A stretch of 48,706 nt of DNA, counting the filler, from Jimgerdemannia flammicorona (taxonomy: Eukaryota): NCBI GenBank assembly GCA_003990765.1. It is 2 parts of 2 records of this genome, joined end to end, with 100 filler letters (N's around TTAATTAATTAA, not from the genome) between each part and the next. Parts side by side here need not be neighbours in the genome. Positions count along the whole stretch, not along the records: positions 24,406 to 48,706 come from RBNJ01000993.1; 1 more part is not named here. One strand, 5' to 3'. Positions within the stretch are counted from its first letter, which is position 1. Every line of letters starts with the position of its first letter. The position numbers were made by a program, and so were the translations under genes. Below, piece by piece: positions 37,930 to 48,706 of the stretch. The notes beneath the pieces were generated by a model that worked only from the letters and a program-made list of their open reading frames with translations, was not told the DNA's origin and ran no database searches.

Positions 37930-38511
37930 GTACATCAATATTCAAAATATTGCAAGGGTGAGTAGATATATATGAAATTCAATTCTTACTAGACCTCATG
38001 CTGCTATGTGTAAGCCTTACAATTGCATCACAAGACGAAAACCAAATACTACCAAAAATATAGTTAATATTAGCAAAATTAACAAGCTATGGCATGGAAT
38101 AAGAACAATTACCAGACTGATACCAACTGAATAGGCATATTGCACTATTACAGATATGAGCATAAGCTTGATTGTATATCATTTTTAAATATAAAAGTTT
38201 GATCAGCTTTTGTAACCATTTAATTATTGATAGCTATACTTTACTATTTATCAACATATGTATGTAGTTTATTTATTATATAATATATACCATTTTTTTT
38301 TTTTTTTTTTTTTTTGTTTTATATAATATATTATAAAATAGATTATAATATTAAAACTTGTAAAATTTTATCTTATTAAATACTGAATTAAAATCTATTT
38401 GTCTATCTTTATAAAGCATATATCTTAAAACTGTTACAAACAAATTCTATTATTATTAAACTCTATGAATGTGTTTGCATGACAATGTATTTTATTATTG
38501 TTGTTGACGAT

Positions 38512-39422
38512 TCAGAGTGAATCCGGTAGAACAAATTTTTTCACGATTGATGTAATGTCCAAAGGACAAGGCTCCCTAACACAACGTACACATAATGTAC
38601 ATACAGTATTAAGCCATACCAGTACGCGCCATATCATTATATCATGCAGAATCTCCGTGTTGATGTCATAATTCTCCGTTCGGAAAGTTTCGATAGTTTT
38701 GGAGCATTCGCCGCAAAGCGCACTGAAGAAGGCTCTCTCCACAACCTTCAAAAATTTGTCGAGCTTATAAAGAATGCCAACGTTGTTAAGTCCGCCCCAA
38801 ACCCCATAGAATGTCTTCGTCAGCCGCGAAACAACGCCGATGGTGTCGGAATCATCGCAGATTGCGTATTGTTTTCTCAACCCCCGCCTCAGCCAATCGA
38901 ACTCGCGCACCGCCAACGGGTTGTACTCGCGCACATGCTCTGAGCCTTCTCTCGCAATATGTATCATGCCCCCACGGATGGCGTCAAGAATCGTCGTCAC
39001 GGCTGATCGGATGTCGAATCGTCGCCAATGCCCCGCTCTCGGTCGGTCTGCGCTATCTTGGCTCAGAGTGGTCGATGCCCACGCCGATGTTGGTCTAATC
39101 AAAGGACGCATTCTACTTTGACAGGGTGAAACGAAATTGCGCTGGCCTGCGTCATCGGCGCACGTAACCAAGGACTCAGACCTGCTTGGCGAAGACACGG
39201 TATTCTCGTCTCCGATTGCGACAACGTGATGGGATTCCCGTATGGCCTTAAACTCGAAATTGGTTCGCTTGATTCGGTTCTTGAGGATTTTGCTGCGAGG
39301 TTTTGAGTTGGAGTAATTGCTCGGTAGGCCGGTGAACTGACAGCGGAAGCATCTCTTCCGAAGTGAACCATACAAGGCCCCCTTTTTGCACTGTATATAC
39401 GGATAGATGTATAAAGTAAATT

Positions 39423-39457
<35 letters not shown>

Positions 39458-41240
39458 CATGAGAGGCAATACGAGTAATGATAAACTGAATTACAGCATG
39501 CGCGCTTATACATACAAAATATGACTCCAGTCGAGAAGGTTGACGTAAGGGATGGTGCGGGAATTTGGCCACTGGCACTACGTCCAAGGGCGGAGCGGAT
39601 GTACGTTGAACATTTTCGCAAGGGTACGTAACATTACGTTCAGAGCGGTCGGGCGAAACGATAAAGGCTAAATTTGCGTCCGGAGGCGACGGTGTGTTGG
39701 AAAGCACAGAAGGCGTTAATTGGACGCCGCTCAATTCGTTAAGGTTCCTTATCGCGACACCGTCATCCGCGCCAAGTGTAAAGCCTTCATCCTTCTCCTT
39801 CGCATCGTCCTCCATTTTTTTCTGCCATGCGTGAAGAGCGGCTTCCATGCATTTTGCTCCACATACATGTGTAGGATCACCGAGAGCACAATAACTAAGG
39901 TAGAGGCTGGATGGGTGGGAGATGAGGTTTTGAATATCTCCCTCGTGGCTGTTTACGACAGGTTGACCTGGGAGAGGCGTGGGTATTCCGGTCGATTTTT
40001 CCCTGTCGTCGTGGTTGAACGGTAGAGAGCTGGCGTACTTGTACCGATTGCCGCCCTCGGGAATCCAGCCATCGTCCGTCGTTTCTCGGATGTTGAACGT
40101 GATCGACGAGGATTCCGAGTCGGACGTCCAAATGTCGTCGGCCATCTCCTCGAAGGTGAACCGACTTGACGAACACTCCGACTGGGAGGCCCACGTATCT
40201 TCTGCCGCTTGTTCCATGAATCGATTTGGCGGGCATTCTGACTCCGAAGCCCAGAGATAGTCCGCGGGCTCTTCCAGGGTGAACTGGCTCGACGAGCACT
40301 CCGACTGAGTGAACCAACTGTCGTCTGCGGTTTGTTCCATGAATGGGGTCGCGGCGCCGTCCGATTTGGAGGTCCAGAAATAGTTTGCGATCTCCTCCAT
40401 GGTGAACGGCGTCGAAATGTACTCTGACTCTGAGGTCCCCGTGTCATCTGTTAGCTCGTCGATGGTGAATAGGGTCGATGAGGATTCTGATGAGCAGTAC
40501 GTTGAAATGGCTGAAACGTCAGGGGGAACCACAGCTCGTTCACGTTGAGGTAAAATGGGTAGTGGCATCACCGTGATTTCTGGTATTGGAGCTTTTCGTA
40601 GCGGTAGCTGTGGGACACGGAACTCTCCGCCTCTATTGTGATGTGAGGGTGTGCGTGCTTGTTCGTCGCCGACTTGGCTTTTCCGTGCAAGTAGGTTTGT
40701 TGGTTGCGGTTCGCAGCGCTCGCCAGCCTTAAGACAACGTGCACACGGAACGCCCTGGCATTTCTTTTTTCGCGTGTTGCATGAAGCACATGCGGCTCCA
40801 GTCTTTAGCCTGTCCATAATAATCTTAGTCGCATGGACGCTGCAATGTTTTCTGTTCCGGCATGCGGTGCACTCTTGATGTTTTGCTGGTTTCCGTCTAG
40901 ATGAAGGTGCGGGAGGACGATGCGCGGCGTTGCTGGTGTTGTGGCGATTGGGGGGGTGAACGGAGGGGGTTTCTGAACTCGAGGGCCTATAATAGGTACG
41001 GTCGCTAGAGACGCCGTGGATGCGTTCGTGACGGCGGAGGCTTGGATTGTGTGAAAATGATTTGGGACACTGGGCGCAGGCGAAAGGCTTCGCGTCATGG
41101 GTATTTGGATTCATTTGACTGTCGAATACGTGGTATGCAGGGGTTTCGACGAAATCTCTTAGCAAATCACGGGCGGACGGATGATTAACGAGGGCCATCC
41201 TGTCGAGGGCAGGGTGGGGAGGATCAAGGGGTGTTGGCAT
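38512..41240 (-). CDS. Putative transcription factor: C2H2 finger + Zn(II)2Cys6 cluster + acidic repeat + unknown C-terminal domain, 2 exons, ~867 aa
   Basis: Exon 1 41240-39516, intron GTATGT...TACAG, exon 2 39390-38512 in frame. FACAQCPKSFSHNPSLRRHERIH (C2H2); CTACRNRKHCSVH; ACASCNTRKKKCQGVPCARCLKAGERC (Zn2Cys6). Confidence 0.85.
40063..40494 (-). repeat. Seven 20/21-aa coding repeats with a 123-bp higher-order period
   Basis: Consensus S.SE.SS..FT.EE.ADD.W; TGTTCCATGAAT at 40210 and 40333. Confidence 0.85.
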
Positions 41241-41645
41241 GTGGCTGTTCTGGTGGAGGATGTGGGGTTGGCTGGCTGTTCTGGTGGAGGGGTGGAGGTT
41301 GCGCGGGTGTGAATGTTTTGTTTGGGGTGTTTAAATGGGCCTTGGCGCGTGGCTTGGCCAGGGGTGAACGGGTGCCCAATTTTGGGGACCAGCAACACGT
41401 GCGATAACCCACATAATTAATCCGTAATTTCCCTAAGTGGTGGGAATGAGTTAGTTCCATAACACCGAAAAGGGCTTCCTTCTTTTATATGTCCTCGCGA
41501 CATTAATGGCGTAAATGACCTCAGCTGGCAATTGGCGAAGCGAACAACACAGCTACGCCAAATTCTGGAGACATTGGTGCAAGATTGTGAGTTTGATCAC
41601 ACTCTCAGGAGAACCGAATTCCTGACTCCTCACCTCAACAACCTA

Positions 41646-42660
41646 ATGCCAAACAATGCCCTCCTCGGATCTTCCTCCGGGCTTTGCTTTATTGGCTTTT
41701 AGCTTGCCAACTATAGGTTTGTTAGTGTTAGCTACAGTAACACTCCACATCTTTCGAGCTCCGTACATGTGATGTCTTTGCGGTGGTGGCTTGTGGTATG
41801 CCGATGATGTCACCCGATTAACAAACAGAACACGATACACGTCCACGACAAATTCCGTTTCTTTCGCAATGAGCCACATCACACAATGTACACTCATATC
41901 CATAATCCCCAAGCCCTTTCACCTCCTCCGTCACCTCCGTCCCCTCCATTTGCGAGCAACAGTGAGTCCGAATCTAGTGCCCCAGCCAAAGGCCCTCCTC
42001 ATACATTCATACATCTCAGCCCTCAGAGGCCTATGTCTCGACGCGCACCCCCTCCTGGAGCTATTTAAGGTGACCCCGCACTTGTTCTTCGGAGCTTCTC
42101 CGTCCAGAAGCGCCAAGATGCTCCTCCACATTGCCTCGCAAGTCTCTTTCACGCACCTCTACCTAAGCTGTAGGATAGTGGCATTATGCACCCTGTGGCG
42201 CGTCTCGCATTTCGTCTCCTTCCTCGCCCGCACTGCATCCTCCACCATCACCACCTCGAGATTGAGCGTGGCATCGCCAGGGACTTTGGCGAACCGCGCT
42301 CCAACCACCTCGCCGAGATCGTTCCAGTATTTGCCAGAAATCTCACCGTGCTGACCATTTACGACGTTCAGTTCGACGGCTCCACCATTGAAGCTCTCGC
42401 ACGGTGCGTTGCCATCGAGAAGATCATAATTCAGTCACAGTACCACGAGGGTCTCGTCGAGCTCCTCCGGAGTTGGCCTCTACGATGGCATGAGGAACGG
42501 ACTCGTACACATCAATGAGTTGCTCGTCGCGCCCTCCAGGAGCTGCGCTAACGAGTTGCTCGTCGCGCTCGCTGAGCACTGTCGCGCCCTCCAGGAGCTG
42601 CGCTACCTGCTCCACGAGCGCTATGGCACTCGCCACGTTCCCAACGTCAAGTACTTGTGA
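41646..42660 (+). pseudogene. Frameshifted RNI-like/F-box-type LRR protein remnant
   Basis: Pieces in different frames: LLRHLRPLHL, ARNLTVLTIYDVQFDGSTIEALARCVAIEKIII, ANELLVALAEHCRALQELRYL; local duplication of GAGTTGCTCGTCGCGC / GTCGCGCCCTCCAGGAGCTGCGCT at ~42517-42604. Confidence 0.45.
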
Positions 42661-42975
42661 AATTTTAACATTGTTGGTTTTTCCTACACCGCGGCTAGGA
42701 AATTTTTGTGGTGTGGAACAAGCTGGACATGATCCGATTTGGTTTTGTATGAGACAGAAGGGGAAGAAGACGGAATCCCGGGAGGGGTGTACGACGGGAC
42801 CATGTAAATTCCCCAGACTGGAGGAAGCGAGGGTAATAGCAGCGGCAAAATCGGGGCCATGAGGTCAACGGCGCTTTAAAATTTTATCATAGCAACGGGG
42901 GACATGGACCCTGCACCCAATTCCCGTACAATGTGATATGAGAATCATGATATCATGGATCACATGACCACGGCA

Positions 42976-43106
42976 TGACGTCAAAAATTAAAGCCAAAAA
43001 GGCAAGCGTGGAAATTGGGCGCATACCCCACCATTCCATTCTACGCCTTAGCCCGTTGCGGAAGGAAGAGCGTGCGCCCAGCATCCATCCTGGGAACCTA
43101 TATATA
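42976..43106 (+). promoter_or_regulatory. Probable promoter of the CsbD-like gene: CRE (TGACGTCA 42976-42983) and TATA (TATATAA ~43101)
   Basis: Motifs lie about 185 and 65 bp upstream of ATG 43167. Confidence 0.45.
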
Positions 43107-43166
43107 ATCGACACCCCTTCGCATCCTTCTCTTCCACTAATCACTCAAATTACATCAATTGCAACA

Positions 43167-45072
43167 ATGGCCCCAACACCCAACCCGTAAGTCCTTCAAA
43201 CTCCCTATCATCACTTTGCAAATCATTCAACATTCAACCTGCATCGCATTCTAACACCAACATTGATTCAGCGACTCCGTCCAGGACCATCCCGAGCAGT
43301 CTCCTGTCTCCTTGGAACAATCCCCAGTCTCGTAAGCACTTTCTCAAAGTTCCATCGGCCTCTCCACTACCACCACTCCATCACTCACATCTCTAACCTT
43401 TCAATCCCCCCCCCCCAATAGGAGCTTCAAATTGGTCCCCTCCGTCCCCTCCCCCCCTCTAACCCGCAATACCACCACCACAAGCGAACCCCTCCAGCAC
43501 ACCTCCGACACCAATCCCATCGTCGCTTCAGGCCCGCGCCACCACCGCACCCCCGAATCCACTCCTGACCGCATTACCAGCTCCGCTGAAGCTGAGACTT
43601 CCACACCCGCGAGGAAGGGCAGTATCTTGGGCGCACTCGGGCTGGGCCGCAAGAAACGCGACACGGACCGTCTGCAGGATTCAGGTGAGGATGTTGCCGT
43701 CGGCGGCACGAAATTGGAGGAGCCTGTTGCCACGACGCCAGCAGTGAAGCACGACGAGAATGTCGTCGTCCCTGAGAATACGCATGCCGCGACGGACGCC
43801 AAAACGGGCCCGAAGAGCAACCCAGACGAGATTGTCGCTGAGCCAGCACAGATCCCTCCGTCGGAATCCGTCGTCCCGGCCTCCCCGGTGCCCGCCAAGA
43901 GACGTTCGGTTTGGAATTCGCTCAATATCTTTGGCGGTACTAAGGACGCCCATCACACTAAGCCAGCAACGGAGGAGCACAAGGTCGAGAACACCGCCGC
44001 GGCCGCCGCAGCCGTCGAGGAACACGCCAAGTCCACAGACGAGCAGTCCAAGCCCACAGACGAGCAGTCCAAGCCCACAGACGAGCAGTCCAAGTCCAAG
44101 CCCGAAGAAGACACTAATCCCACGGCCAAGCCTACGGAGCCACCCGCCGACGCCCAATCGCCTACCTCGCAACACTCGCTCATCCCCGCGGAGACTGCGA
44201 CCGAGAAGGATCTCGCACGAGGCGTCGCTGAGCGCGCAAAGGTCGCGGCGAGCGAGACGAAGAAGAAGGGCAGCGGCAGTGGCACGTGGAACCCGCTCAA
44301 GGGAAAGTTTGGAGGAGGGGATAAGAAGGGAGTGAAGGCTGAAACAACCGTTGCTGGTGAGCTTCCCGAGGGGGAGACGACGACCAAGGATCCTGAGGTC
44401 GCTATCCCAGGCGCGGCTGACCCGACCGCCACAACAACGCCCTCAACCACATCGCCCACTCTCAACCCCACCCCCGCTACCGCGGACAAGCCCGCCAACA
44501 ACCCCCTGCTGCACGAGCACGGCGCGTACAAGGACCCGGCAGTGACGGAGCCGATCCGTCGGCAAGAGAAGCTCCAGGGACTGGTTGACACCGTCGTCGG
44601 CAAGGTGCAGTCCGCCGTGGGTGCGCGACGACACGGTGCAGAGAGACAAACGATCGGAAAGGAACGCCTGGCGGAGGCGAAGCGCATCGCAGAGACGGGC
44701 GAGGTGTCCGCCGCCGTGGTGAGGGATGTTCGCGTCACTGGGGTGATGGGAGACCAGACGAGGAAGGGCGAGTTGGGAATAAAGGCGGGGAATAAGCAAG
44801 AAAAGATTGAGGAGGTCAAGCAGGAGGATGCAGAACATGAGAAGCTTGAGAAGGAGGTCGTGCCTGAGGCGGAAGGTGGAACGACTAAGGATGCTGACAA
44901 GGATTTGGTCTACAAGAAGCAGAAGGTCGAGATCCCCAATGCTGAGAACGACGAGTTGTGGGTGAAGACCGAGATCCCCGAGAATAACACCAAGGATGAG
45001 GGAAAGCCCAAGGATGAGGGAAAGAAGCCCGATTATCATGACGCCGCGAGCCTGAGGATCGAGTCGTCGTAA
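43167..45072 (+). CDS. Hydrophilic, largely disordered protein with a CsbD/LEA-like segment, 3 exons, 576 aa
   Basis: Exons 43167-43186, 43272-43331 and 43422-45072 join in frame (GT-AG introns with CTAAC branch points); E/K/T/P/A-rich; EKLQGLVDTVVGKVQSAVG...ERQTIGKERLAEAK resembles the CsbD motif. Confidence 0.8.
44035..44097 (+). repeat. 21-bp tandem repeat x3 (TDEQSKP)
   Basis: ACAGACGAGCAGTCCAAG(C/T)CC three times. Confidence 0.95.
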
Positions 45073-45268
45073 GCGAGGTGGTGGTCGACAAAATGAATGG
45101 TCAATTCTTGTGGGAGTGACGATTATATTTCTGATGTATATAGCATACTTAGCATAAGTTTTAATCCATGGGTATTAATAAAGCACAAATATCATTTTTG
45201 CAAACCTCGAAAATAATTTATTTTCCTTTTCCGGTTAAAGCGATATGCCACAATTGCGTTTTCCAACC

Positions 45269-48261
45269 TCATTCCAAACTCTTCCCCGCCTTCCTAATAA
45301 TTTCGGCGACTTTGCGCACCTCCTCGTTCGCCTTCTCACACTCCCCCGCCTCTGTCAGATCCGCGATCCCAGGGAATGGCTGCACGCCGTACCCCTCCCA
45401 CAGCGCAGGCGCAAGGATGACGTGTTTATACCACGGGCGCCCAGGAAGACCTGTATGTGTGTGCATGTGTGTAAAAGAAATGACGACGCGGAAGCAAAAG
45501 AGAGATGAATAACGAATACTAACCATCCTGATCGATAAACCCGCGTTCGAGTATCATCACCCTCTGATTGACGCTATCCCTCCTCTTCCTCCACTTCTTC
45601 TCTTCTTTCCCACCCTTCCTCTTCCGCTTCTCAAGCTCCTTCCTAACCTCCTCCCTGTCCCTCTCCAACCCGCGCGCCCTCTTCAACATCTCTTCAATGG
45701 CCTCCAGAAGCGGGTTCAGATCGACCCCGTAGGCTACACACAAACCGCGCTCGGATTGTGCGCGTGTGATGGTCTTGTTCAGCATCGCGACGTAAAAAGG
45801 AAGCATATGCGCGTAGTGTGTCGCGTTAAGCGGGAGGAGGGGAGAGTCGGAGAGACGTGCCGTTAAGAGTGACATGATCTGTGGGGAGTGTTTGGGGGAG
45901 GGGGGGAGGAGAGGGTGTGGTTAAAGGTTGGTAGGATGGTAGACGGAGGGAGGAGGGGTGAGGATGGGACGTTCATTACCTTTGTGATAGCGGCGTGGTA
46001 AAAGAACCCAGGGTCGCTCTGCTTGTCCGCCCAGTTGAAGCTATCTACGAGACGGAGAGTGTGTGAGAGTCATTCATCGCAATTATCCAATTGCCTGCAC
46101 CACAAGAGAATAAAAATGAACGCAGAAAACAGAAGGAGCAACCTACCATAATTCGAATGATACACGCCATAGCTCCCGAAAAACCCAATATCAACGCTCG
46201 CGGCGCCCAGATGGTCCAAGAACGCGGTATAATCGCTGCCCGCTCCACCCAGCGGGTAGACCTCGGGTTTCGATAAGTTCATCCCAAGTTGATTGTTCAT
46301 GGTTGCCAACCAGTTCTCGCGGATTGTCCGATTGGGTTGTAGCGGGTCTACCACGAGCGCGGTGACGTTTCGAATAAGGTGCGTGAGTGAGAATGACGCT
46401 GACGCAAGGAAGTGGGGCCCCACTACAGCGACGTCAACATTTATGTAGGCAACGAGGGAGCGCTGGAGGGTCGGGAGGTGGTTTTCGACGAATTCGGTCG
46501 AACCAATTAGGGAGTACTGTTTGGGGGTGGGCGGATGAGTGGAGAAGTCAGAAATAGCGGAGAAAAGGTACGAAAGGAAAGATTCAAGGGATGAAATACG
46601 CTACCTCCTCGGCGTCCCAGGAAGCAAAGAGGATGGTACGACGCGGACGCCAGCCGAACTTGAGCAGGATGCCGAAGCTGCGAACGACCTCGAGGAGGGC
46701 GACGGAACCAGAATTCGGGTCAGCGGCGCCGAAGACCCACTTTGTGCATGGCAAGGTGAAGCGAAATTAGCGTATCAGATCGAACGATTGATATGTGTTT
46801 CCAATTGGCCACTCCCCTCCCAAAACTCACCGCATCTCTATGATTCCCAATGATGACAATCTTATCCGGCTCCTCCCATCCCTCGATCCTGCCGATCACA
46901 TTCCACACGGGTGTGATCTTGTACTCGACCTCATTAACAAGATTAACGAGGGCCTCCGACGGGCCGGTCCAGTATTCGGTGTCGAGGGCGCCACGCCAGC
47001 CATCGTCAGTTAGGTTTGTGCCGGTCCCCACCAACGCGCGCAGGAGCGGAAGGGCGTCGCGGTAGGAGATTGGGAGAGAGGGGATACGTGGGAGAACCTC
47101 TGCGGGGAAGGTTAGTTAAAAGCGAGGTAACATGTACCATTGAATACTACATTAAATACTACATTGAATACTAATATGGTAATAACGCGAACATACGTAC
47201 TGGCTTCGGTGGGGTCGATCCGCGGGGCATCCTTCTCCGCCGCCCAGCCGGGCGTGAGTGGGTCACCAGGGTAGAAGTCGTAGGCCACGGAGCCGCGCTG
47301 GACGGAGGATTCCGGGCGACAGGTACCGGCGGGATATCTAAATTTTGTTTTTTGCTCTGTCAGAGAGAGATCGATGCGGGACGAAGGGAATAGACTATGA
47401 ACTACCGCATATATATATACTCACTTTGGTTTCTGAGCGCATCCATCTTCCGCCGGGTCGCTGTAGATGACGACGCCTGCCGCGCCGCGTAGTTCTGCGG
47501 CACGTACTTTAACCCCGCGGTCGATGTCGCCGTAGTCACCATAGCGAACGAGGATGATGGCACCGGTGACGTTGACGCCTAGGGAGTCGAGGTAGGCGAA
47601 ATCTGCGGGAGTGCCGTAGTTGGCGTATACGAGGCGCGCGGTCACGTTGCCGTTGGCGCTGCAAAATGTGCGGGAGATGGGATGAGCGATGGCACAATGA
47701 TGGTGATTTGCTGAAACGGGGAATGGATAAGAGGACACACCTATACCCATGGAACGTTGGCACGGCGTCCTGCATTTTACTAGTCTCGTCGCCCTCGACC
47801 ACATCCTCCCTCAAACCTGCCTCAAACAACAGCCCCTCTTCCGGCGCCTGCACGACAGCGAGCCTCCTGCTGACTGGATAATTAAGGTAGGGCCAGTACT
47901 CCTGTACCTCCGCCCTGTCGATCCCATACTCCCTGAACTTGTCTCGCGTCCATTCAGCCTGCTGGCGATCGGCTTCGGTACCCGCGACGTGCGCGGTCGA
48001 CGTGTAGTACTTGAGATCGTTGCGCAAGTTCGCCGTCGATGGCAGGTTCAACAGGAGCGTGTCGATGTCTAAGTCCGCGTTTGGTGGCGAGTATAGTGGG
48101 CGGCTGGGACGGCAGTACAGGGCTAGAAGAGAGAGGAAGAAGGCGAGGAGGGCGAGGCGAAGAATGAGAGAACGGCGGGGGTAGGAGACTTTTTCGGGAG
48201 GTAGGGGCAAGGAGACTTTTTCGGGAGGTAGGGACCATAGGTGGGAGTGTTTTTTGGACAT
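45269..48261 (-). CDS. M28 glutamate carboxypeptidase II / Vps70-like type II membrane peptidase (PA + M28 + TfR dimerisation domains), 9 exons
   Basis: Exons 48261-47741, 47658-47425, 47337-47201, 47099-46831, 46739-46605, 46516-46147, 46044-45980, 45878-45524 and 45450-45269. N-terminal [105 protein letters not shown]. Zinc ligands and catalytic Glu are present. Confidence 0.95.
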
Positions 48262-48429
48262 GGTTGTAATGAGCGTGTCTTTGATGAGATGCGTTCGAAG
48301 GCTGAGGGCGCTGAAAAGGGCAAAAAGTTGGATCGGGTAACACCGGTTTCTGTATTTTTTTACATAAATGATGCCCGAACAATGTCACCGTAGGTAAAAC
48401 CCACCCTTCTTGTTCCAATGTACAATTGC

Positions 48430-48706
48430 TGTCATAGCTGTTCTTTCTGGCCTGGTTGTAAGGATTTAAGTCTCTGATGTATAAGATACTGAAGTTTAAA
48501 ATACATTTAAATTATCTATAAAAATAAATAAGCTTAATTATCTTAGTATTAAAATAGTACTTTTAAAAAATAACAAGCTAAATTAAATAAGTTTTTATTT
48601 AATTTAATTTAAAATAATTTAACTAGATACTAATTAATATTATATTTTTTATAATAATTTCTATTACCAAATCTAGTTATTAATTAAGTTTTTTTTTTTT
48701 TTTTTT
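48430..48706. repeat. Start of another AT-rich, CpG-free decayed repeat block
   Basis: Abrupt shift to TA/TAA-rich sequence without CpG about 170 bp upstream of the peptidase ATG. Confidence 0.6.

Larger units (their letters stand above)
24900..38200 (+). pseudogene. Decayed coding-like host sequence split by the LTR element and LINE B (pieces ~24900-25921, 32341-32555, 37941-38200)
   Basis: Long protein-like frames with scattered stops (...RSVILLEGHWWY*LLAF..., ...YRGYTRCSIWCINWAIDNYN..., ...GEYFEYFKQFVTQHQIGE|LPESF...); the pieces are defined by the two TSDs; family not recognised. Confidence 0.35.
17870..38500. repeat. Hypermutated nested-transposon block (CpG-depleted, TpA-enriched)
   Basis: About 44 CpG in ~20.6 kb by manual scan, versus abundant CpG in the flanking genes; TE reading frames are broken mainly by stops consistent with CGA>TGA and CAG>TAG. 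Confidence 0.92.

Noticed and set aside
44035..44097. Short direct repeats as a possible CRISPR array (also 8933-9033, 47138-47173, 48184-48233)
   Set aside because: No unique spacers, eukaryotic context; these are ordinary coding or intronic tandem repeats.
43401..45039. Several long minus-strand ORFs
   Set aside because: Antisense shadows of the GC-rich CsbD-like CDS.

Overview
Intron-rich fungal genomic DNA. It is most likely an early-diverging Mucoromycota fungus such as Endogonales; this is inferred from two U12-type introns (not expected in Dikarya), a retained Scm3 (CENP-A chaperone) and GC-balanced genes. The left arm (1-17.8 kb) carries ARF6, Scm3, a TAPT1/Emp65 homologue and a disrupted class III GH18 chitinase with LysM and hevein domains. 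The centre (~17.87-38.5 kb) is a nested transposon block that is almost free of CpG and heavily mutated by C>T/G>A transitions. It holds two L1/Tx1-like LINEs, two poly(A)-tailed retro-insertions with TSDs, a 100-bp assembly spacer and a 6.4-kb chromovirus-derived LTR element encoding Gag-dUTPase-protease with RT/RH/IN deleted. The right arm has a C2H2 + Zn2Cys6 transcription factor, an LRR pseudogene, a CsbD/LEA-like protein and an M28 glutamate carboxypeptidase II. The strongest candidate for an undescribed system is a RIP-like, repeat-restricted cytosine mutator that hits CpG and CpA but spares TCGA, in a genome that still appears to use the minor spliceosome. All counts and splice calls are by eye and need computational confirmation.
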